Virus record (IMG/VR): IMGVR_UViG_3300029305_005870
Length of the DNA: 64,000 bases
Direction: 5' to 3' (one strand)
DNA from: a virus
Lineage: Duplodnaviria; Caudoviricetes
Program-made: the position numbers and the translations under genes
The notes under the pieces: model-generated
What the model saw: the letters and a program-made list of their open reading frames with translations, nothing else
The model's database searches: none
Told to the model about the DNA's origin: nothing
In this document: positions 57,462 through 64,000 of the stretch, one piece after another
Layout: each line of letters begins with the position of its first letter
Numbering within the stretch: position 1 is the first letter of the stretch

Positions 57462-57921
57462 GTTATTTTTAGGAATATTATATTGGATTGTACAATTAAC
57501 TTGAGGATCATTAATGACTATTGTTGGATTATTAGTTACAGGTTTCTGTATTATATTTTTAAAAGGTACTCCTCACAGAAATGGTTTTTCTTATATTGTA
57601 GAAATAGGTGGAAACTGGGGTGGACTTGACTTAGGTGCAGTTGCCTTATGTGGAAGATATAATACTAAAGGTCATAAAGCATATAGTCCAAATTGATTCC
57701 AAGAAACTAGAAAACATGAATTTGGTCATAGTTTACAAAATTTAATTTTTGGTCCTTTTACATTATTTGTTGTAGGTTTACCAAGTACTTTTAGGTATTG
57801 GTATCAAAGAATTATGAAGAAAAAAGGAAAAAGATTTCCTTCTGATTGGTATGACAGTATTTGATTTGAAGGAACTGCGACTACTTGAGGAGAAAAAGTA
57901 GTTACATGAATTGAAAATTAA
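57445..57921 (+). CDS. Membrane protein with HExxH zincin motif
   Basis: TM segments; RKHEFGHSLQ...WFE..A. Confidence 0.75.
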
Positions 57922-57933
57922 ACTTAATTAGAT

Positions 57934-57963
57934 AAAATAGGTTGAGTTATCAACCTATTTTTT
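57934..57963 (+). terminator. Intrinsic terminator
   Basis: aaaataggttga-gtta-tcaacctatttttt. Confidence 0.8.
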
Positions 57964-57964
57964 A

Positions 57965-57976
57965 TTGTATTATAAT
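57965..57976 (+). promoter_or_regulatory. TTGTAT(A/T)-type early/middle promoter motif
   Basis: ttgtattataat; related motifs near 8696, 10879, 12731, 27589 and 43286 (minus) and 55880 and 63901 (plus), mostly before non-structural genes. Confidence 0.55.
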
Positions 57977-58014
57977 ATGTATTTTTATAACTATTTAGTG
58001 AAAGGAGTTTATGC

Positions 58015-59049
58015 ATGAAATTTCTTATTTATGGAGATGTTCATTTTAGTACTTATTCTTCAATTATTAGAAGCAAAGGAGAGAAGTATTCTAAAAGACT
58101 TGAAAATTTAATTAAAAGTATAAATTGAGCTGAGGATTTAGCAATTAAACATAATTGTGATGAAATAATTTCTTTAGGTGATTTTTTCGATAAACCAGAC
58201 TTAAATAGTGAAGAATTAACTGCTTTAACTGAAATTAAATGGGCTGATATTCCTCATTCAGTTATTGTTGGAAATCATGAATCTCCACATAAAGCTTTAA
58301 AATATAATAGTGTAAATGCTTTATATAACTTAGGGTTCAACATAATATCAGAAGTTTCTTTTAGAAATTTAGAAGATTGTTCTCTATATTTTTTACCTTA
58401 TATCTTAGAAGAAGATAGAAAATGTTTAAGTGAATATATTAAATTAAATATTAATTCTAAGGATAGAAAAATATTTTTTAGTCATAATGATATTAAAGCT
58501 CAATTTGGACAATTTTTATCAAAAGAAGGGTTTGAAATAGAAGATATTGAACAGAATAGTTCTTTATTTTTAAATGGCCACCTTCACAATGGTAGTTCAT
58601 TTTGTCGTAATGGATTTAACCTAGGTAATTTAACAGGCCAAAATTTTGGAGAAGATGCATATAAATATTCACATAATATTTATATACTAGATACTGAAAA
58701 CTCGAGTTTAGAGTCTTATGAAAATCCTTATGCTTTTAATTTCTATCAAATCGATTTTAAAGCTAATTCAAATTTTTCTGAGTTAACTACATTAAAAGAA
58801 AATTCAGTTGTTAGTTTAAAATGTTTTAGAAATGATTTAGATAGATTAAAATCAATTTTAAAAGATTGTAAAAATATTACAGAATCTAGAATTATAGTAA
58901 AAAAAGAATTTTCAGATATGGAAGAATTAGATTCCACATTAGAAAAATTTAATAGTATTGATTACTTATCTCAATTTAAAATTTTTGTTCAAAATAAATT
59001 AGGAGTTCATCCAGTAATTGAGCAAGAATTAAATAGAATAATAAAATAA
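58015..59049 (+). CDS. sbcD: SbcD/Mre11 nuclease (T4 gp47-like)
   Basis: GDVH, LGDFFD, VGNHE, FSHND, NGHLH; absent from the track because of TGA. Confidence 0.92.
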
Positions 59050-59076
59050 ATATTTGAAAGGGAGGTTATAAAATCT

Positions 59077-59265
59077 ATGTATAAATACTTTTTATTATAT
59101 TATATAAAAGATTTTGATGATAAGTTAGTAGGAGGTTTAAATAGTACCTCTATTAATTTATCTTATGAATTAAATAAAAGCAGTATTAGAAGACTTGAAA
59201 ATTTTTTAAAGAAAAGTTTAAATGTAAAAAGAGTAACTATAGTAAATTATTCTAAAATAAATTAA
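59077..59265 (+). CDS. Hypothetical protein
   Basis: GGAGG RBS. Confidence 0.55.
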   Translation: MYKYFLLYYIKDFDDKLVGGLNSTSINLSYELNKSSIRRLENFLKKSLNVKRVTIVNYSKIN

Positions 59266-59282
59266 AGAAAGGAAATTTTAAT

Positions 59283-61349
59283 ATGAATATAAGCTTTGAA
59301 AAAGTTATAATACATAACTTTCTTTCTTATGGACATACTGAAATAAACTTAAAAGATAAAGGATATTGTTTAGTTTCAGGTATTAATAATAATCCATTAG
59401 ATAACGCATTATCCAATGGTGCAGGTAAATCAACTTGATCTTCAGCGATTTGTTGGGCTTTAACAGGTCAAACTATTCAAGGAATATCTAGTAATATAAA
59501 AAATATAAATATTGATGAAAATTCTTGTTATGTTGAATTATATTTTTATATAGATAAAGATTATTATACAATAAAAAGATTCAAAGAACCTAAATCAGAT
59601 TTAAAAATTTTTATAAATAATGAAGAAAAATCAGGAAAAGGTATTAGAGAATCTGAAGCAATTTTAAATCAATATTTACCTGATTTAAGTTCTAATTTAA
59701 TAGCATCTATAATCATTTTAGGACAAGGATTACCTTGTAAATTTACCTCTAATTCACCTTCAGGAAGAAAAGAAGTCTTAGAAAAATTATCAAAATCTGA
59801 TTTTATGATTCAAGATATTAAAGAGCGTTTAAATAAAGTTATAAATGAGAATAATACTTCTTTAAGAGAAACTGAAGATGCATTATTAACTATAGAAACA
59901 AAATCTAAGATGCTAAAAACAGAGTTTGAAAGTAATGATTTAAAATTAAAAGAATTGAAAAAACCTCAAAATTTTGATTCTAATATTTTAAAGATAGAAA
60001 ATAATATTGATGATATAAACAAATCGATTGTACAAGCTAATAGACAGCTTTCTGAAGCTGAAAATGAAATTACTTTATTAGATAAAGAGTTAAATACTAT
60101 TTTAAATGATAAAAATAACTTAATACAATCTGAAAATAATGAATTCAATAACTTTAAGAATGAGTATTTAAGTAGAAAGAATATTTTAACAACTGATTTT
60201 AATACTAAAAATAATGAATTAAATTCTGAAATGAATGTAAATAAAAATAATTTAAGTATTGAATTCAATAAAAATAAATCTTTATTTGATATAGATATAT
60301 TAAAACTAGAAAAAGAAATTAAGGAATTAAAATCTATAAAGGATATTTGTCCTACTTGTGGACAAAAACTTCCTAACATAGTAAAACCTGATACTTCTAT
60401 TCAAGAAACCAAATTATTAGAATTAAAAAATAGTTTAGTAAATTTAACTGAAAGTTATAATTTAAATTTAAAAAATACTAATTCAAAATATGTAACTCTT
60501 CAAACAGAGTTAAAAAATAATTATAATGTTTCTATTACAAATTTAGATTTGAAATATACAGAATGTTTAAAAGAGCATAATTTAATTTTAAATCAAATAG
60601 AAGATAAATATTCTGATACTATAAATAAATTGAATCAAAATATAAAAATTAAAAAAGATGTAAAAAGTAACTTAAATTTAGAAATTAAGAAAAATGAAGC
60701 TACTTTAATTATATTAACTAATGAATTAAATAAAATAAAACTAAATAAAGAGACTTATGAACAAAAAATTAATGAAATTCAAAATCTATTATTATCTATA
60801 GATAATAATATTAAAAAATTAGATGAAGAAAAATTGTATTATATTAATAAGAAGTCTGATATCTCTGTAAAAATTGAAATTGATAATAAAATAAATACTT
60901 TAATTAAAAGAGATTTTAGAGGATTCTTATTATCTAATGTTATTAATTTTATTGATAATAAGTGTAAAGAATATTGTGAAATTATTTTTGGAAATAATAA
61001 TTTAGAATTTATTTTAAATGGTAATAATATTGAAATATCTTATCTAGGAAAATCTTTTGAGAATTTATCTGGTGGAGAAAAACAAAAAGTTGACTTAATT
61101 ATTCAATTTTCTATTCGAGATATGATGTCTCAATATTTAGATTTTAGTTCTAATATTTTAATTTTAGATGAAATCTTTGATCAATTAGATTCATTAGGAT
61201 GCACAAATTTATTAAATCTTATTTCTAATAAACTTAATGACATTGAAAGTACTTTTATTATATCTCATAGAAGTAATGAATTAGCTATTCCTTATGATTG
61301 TGAGATGGTTATAGTAAAAGATGAAAATGGAATAAGTAGGGTGAGATAA
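59283..61349 (+). CDS. sbcC: SbcC/Rad50 ATPase (T4 gp46-like, 688 aa)
   Basis: HNFLSYG, SNGAGKST, Q-loop LGQG, Zn hook CPTCGQ, LSGGE, ILDE, ISH. Confidence 0.93.
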
Positions 61350-61354
61350 AAATT

Positions 61355-62236
61355 ATGGATACTTTCAAAAAACCTGAAGGTATGAAATACACTGATATGT
61401 GTATTTACATAGATGCTAATATGCATAAAGTAGTAAATCCTAATGAATTTCCTCAAATAGAAGCAAATATTTATAAATATTTATATCTAATAGTAAAAGC
61501 TTTAGCTATTAAACAGCATTTATTTAAAGATTGATCATATTATGATGATTTTGCTTTGTATTCAGCAGGAGATTTATTTATGACAATGCGTAAAAAGCAT
61601 ATAAATAAAGGTAAAATAATAAGAGGTAAATTAGTAGAACCTGTTAAATCTTGTTTAAACTTTATTAAGTCTGTTTTATATCCTTTAAAAGTTAATTTTG
61701 AAAAAAATAGATTTGATGAAGTTATAAATCCTGAAATTGATTCTAGATTTAATTCTGAAGCATTACAAGAATCAATGAGAACTCAAGTTAGATCTCAGTA
61801 TATAACAAGTTTAGATAAAGATCTAGAAGAAATTTTAAAAATATTTCCTAAAAAGATATATAATATGTTGAAAAAAGAAAGTCCTTTTAAAACAGATAAA
61901 TTAATGCTTAAACGTATTTATATATCTTGTTTACTTAGTTTTATAAATAAATTAAGTTTACCTAACAAAGATAGAAAAAGAATAGAAGACAGAGAAAAAT
62001 ATCAAGAATATAAAAATGTCATATCTTTATATACTCAAAATGATTGAGAAATTTTACTCTGACATTTAGAACCTGGAATGGAAAATTATATTAGAATATT
62101 ATTAGTTAAAATACAAAGACTATTTACTGATGAATTAAATACAACCCGTTCTAGATTTGATCTAAGTGATGAAGTTATAGATGGAATTTTAAAAACTGCA
62201 TTTAAAACTTATGATAATAATCAAGGAGAATACTAG
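61355..62236 (+). CDS. Hypothetical protein, candidate gp55-like late sigma factor (293 aa)
   Basis: The ORF is solid (3 TGA). Function is inferred from a helical region-2-like pattern (YLYLIVKALA.K...DDFA...KSCLNFIK) and adjacency to gp46/47. Confidence 0.45.
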
Positions 62237-62238
62237 TT

Positions 62239-62640
62239 ATGGGAGTTAGACAAGAAAGAAGAGATTGAATAAATGAGAGATTAAATACATTAGAAAAAAC
62301 TGATGTATATTCTCTTATGTTATTTGCGTTATATAAATTAAGGGATGTTCCAGAATATACAGCTTTAAGTGAATTATCTTATATTTTAGATGGATCTAAT
62401 TTATCAAAATTCTTATCTTTTTATGGAGGAATGACTCTAAAAATTCCTACTCTAAAAGATATGAGATTAATGATTCAAGCATTACTCTTATTTCAATTAG
62501 TTAATTTAGAAGAAACTGAATTAGAAGATGCAATAAAAGTTATTTTAGATAAAAACAGAGAGTTTTCAAGAGATGAACTATTAAAAGCTTACGATACTAT
62601 ATTATTAGTTTCTTCTAAATATGATTTTAGGAGAAACTAA
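62239..62640 (+). CDS. Hypothetical protein with a Mor-like GGxxLxIP motif
   Basis: FLSFYGGMTLKIPT; extended 5' through TGA. Confidence 0.55.
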
Positions 62641-62642
62641 AA

Positions 62643-62915
62643 ATGCTTAACAAATTAAAAGAAAATTTAGTTATTATATCTAGAGACTTACATATGTATG
62701 ATGTTGAAAGAGAATCATTATTTACATACTGTATAAATAAAAAGTTAGAAGCAGCAATGCTAAAATATAAAGAAGATATTAATTTAGATGCTGAATGAGT
62801 TCTATTTAATAAAAACGAACAAGTTTTAAGAGCGTTAACTCAAAATAAAAAATATAACGATAAAGAATTTTTAGATAATGTAATAAATAAAAAATTCAGA
62901 AGAGAGGTCGATTAA
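62643..62915 (+). CDS. Hypothetical protein (90 aa)
   Basis: AGGAG RBS, one TGA, fills the gap exactly. Confidence 0.65.
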
Positions 62916-62917
62916 AA

Positions 62918-63247
62918 ATGACTGATATAATAAAAGATGTTTCTATATTATCAACTATTCCAGAAAAGTATATAAATAAATTAATTCAACAAAAATTTAT
63001 ATATTGTATATGTGAGGCAATCCAGGAAGATATATTAGAAGGAAAAAATATGTCACAATTAGATATTGGATTAGGAACATTATATATTGGATATGAAGAT
63101 AATGACATAAAATATAAATTTGAACCTAATCAAACTTTAATTAAATCAGTAAATGCAACAATTCTCAATAAGAAAAACATTTTAGAAGATGTTTTAAATA
63201 ATGCTTTAGCTAAAAAATTTATAGAAGTGTATAAAGATATATGTTAG
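62918..63247 (+). CDS. Hypothetical protein
   Basis: GAGG RBS; DIGLGTL...KFEP. Confidence 0.7.
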   Translation: MTDIIKDVSILSTIPEKYINKLIQQKFIYCICEAIQEDILEGKNMSQLDIGLGTLYIGYEDNDIKYKFEPNQTLIKSVNATILNKKNILEDVLNNALAKKFIEVYKDIC

Positions 63248-63900
63248 AAAAGAGTGCACATAGTTTTATAGAAGAAGAAGATAGAGCAAGGTATTTAAAA
63301 GAAGCCTATGAAAGAGGCGAAGATTTGAATGAGCTCATCCTATCTCCTAAAGATGTTATTTTAGTTGAGAAAATAATTGCAGCTGATAGTAAAGATGAAT
63401 TACAAGCACAATTTGATTTATTTAATATGAATCAAGCTAAAAAGAATGCTTTAAGAATTTTAAAATTAAGATCTTTATTAGATAAAGTTGAAGATCAAGC
63501 TATAGAAAGATTTGAAAAAAGACCTGATCAAGTATCAAATAGAGAGTTACTAGATTATATGCAGATAGTATCTTCACAAATTGAAAAATCTCAAAATGTA
63601 GTGGATTCTTTACAAGATAAACCTATGATAAGTGCTGTTCAAAATAATACTGAAGTAAATATTAATGTAAGTCCTACTTTAAATAGAGAAAGTAAGGAAA
63701 AAGTTATTGATGTTATTCAAGCACTTTTAAAACAAACTTCTTCTAATTCATCTAATCCAGAATTAGTTGAAGAAGTTGAAATTGTAGAAGCTGAAGAAAT
63801 TGAAGAAGTTATAGAAGAAGTAAAACCTTCAATTCCAAATGTTTTTAGTTCAGACTTAGATGAAGAAGATATAGATCCAGATTCTTTATTTAAAATTTAA
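63241..63900 (+). CDS. Helical hypothetical protein with an acidic tail
   Basis: 219-aa ORF overlapping the upstream stop. Confidence 0.7.
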   Translation: MLEKSAHSFIEEEDRARYLKEAYERGEDLNELILSPKDVILVEKIIAADSKDELQAQFDLFNMNQAKKNALRILKLRSLLDKVEDQAIERFEKRPDQVSNRELLDYMQIVSSQIEKSQNVVDSLQDKPMISAVQNNTEVNINVSPTLNRESKEKVIDVIQALLKQTSSNSSNPELVEEVEIVEAEEIEEVIEEVKPSIPNVFSSDLDEEDIDPDSLFKI

Positions 63901-63929
63901 TTGTATATTTACAAAAGGAGATTATAATA

Positions 63930-64000
63930 ATGAATGTAAATGAATTTTTCAAATATGTTGATAAATTTGAAGGTAATTATTCAGATGAAATTCTATTTGA
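63930..64000 (+). CDS. 5' end of a hypothetical protein (runs off the window)
   Basis: AAGGAG RBS and ATG; open to the edge. Confidence 0.55.
   Translation, partial: MNVNEFFKYVDKFEGNYSDEILF

Noticed and set aside
58746-60379. Minus-strand ORFs 58746..58937 and 59966..60379
   Set aside because: Antisense to SbcD and SbcC.
529-62915. TGA as Gly (table 25) or selenocysteine
   Set aside because: The sites correspond to conserved Trp motifs, not Gly or catalytic Cys.
63241-63900. Terminase small subunit
   Set aside because: The helical, acidic-tailed character is compatible, but there is no recognisable motif and it is far from terL; left as hypothetical.

Overview
This very AT-rich window comes from a large tailed dsDNA phage with a T4-like contractile-tail morphogenesis module. 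The phage reads TGA as tryptophan (translation table 4), so the supplied code-11 ORF track is badly fragmented. Re-read by hand in table 4, the fragments join into intact genes, several genes missing from the track appear, and every gene I traced ends in TAA or TAG. All CDS coordinates below are table-4 coordinates. Layout: (1) 1-530 is non-coding, with a 127-bp direct repeat and a terminator. (2) 529-8664 (- strand) is a block of small accessory genes, including Tad2/DUF2829-like, YopX, MazG-like, Lar-like and Gam-like genes, that mostly uses TGG. (3) 8738-55825 (- strand) is the late region: capsid, protease-scaffold, portal, terminase, neck, holins, fibres, baseplate, tape measure, tube and sheath. 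It is driven by a GCTAAATT motif repeated upstream of 13 genes. It also holds a nuclease plus methyltransferase cassette between duplicated terminators, and about nine non-structural proteins carrying prohead-protease-type [LIV]xE sites (AP2, LRR/WC-domain, SWIM, nucleotidyltransferase fused to a Cys-His domain). These look like a protease-matured head cargo set. (4) 55930-end (+ strand) carries a Cas4-like nuclease, SbcD/SbcC and a candidate late sigma factor. No tRNA, rRNA or CRISPR array was seen. Family assignments come from motif recognition by eye, not from database searches.
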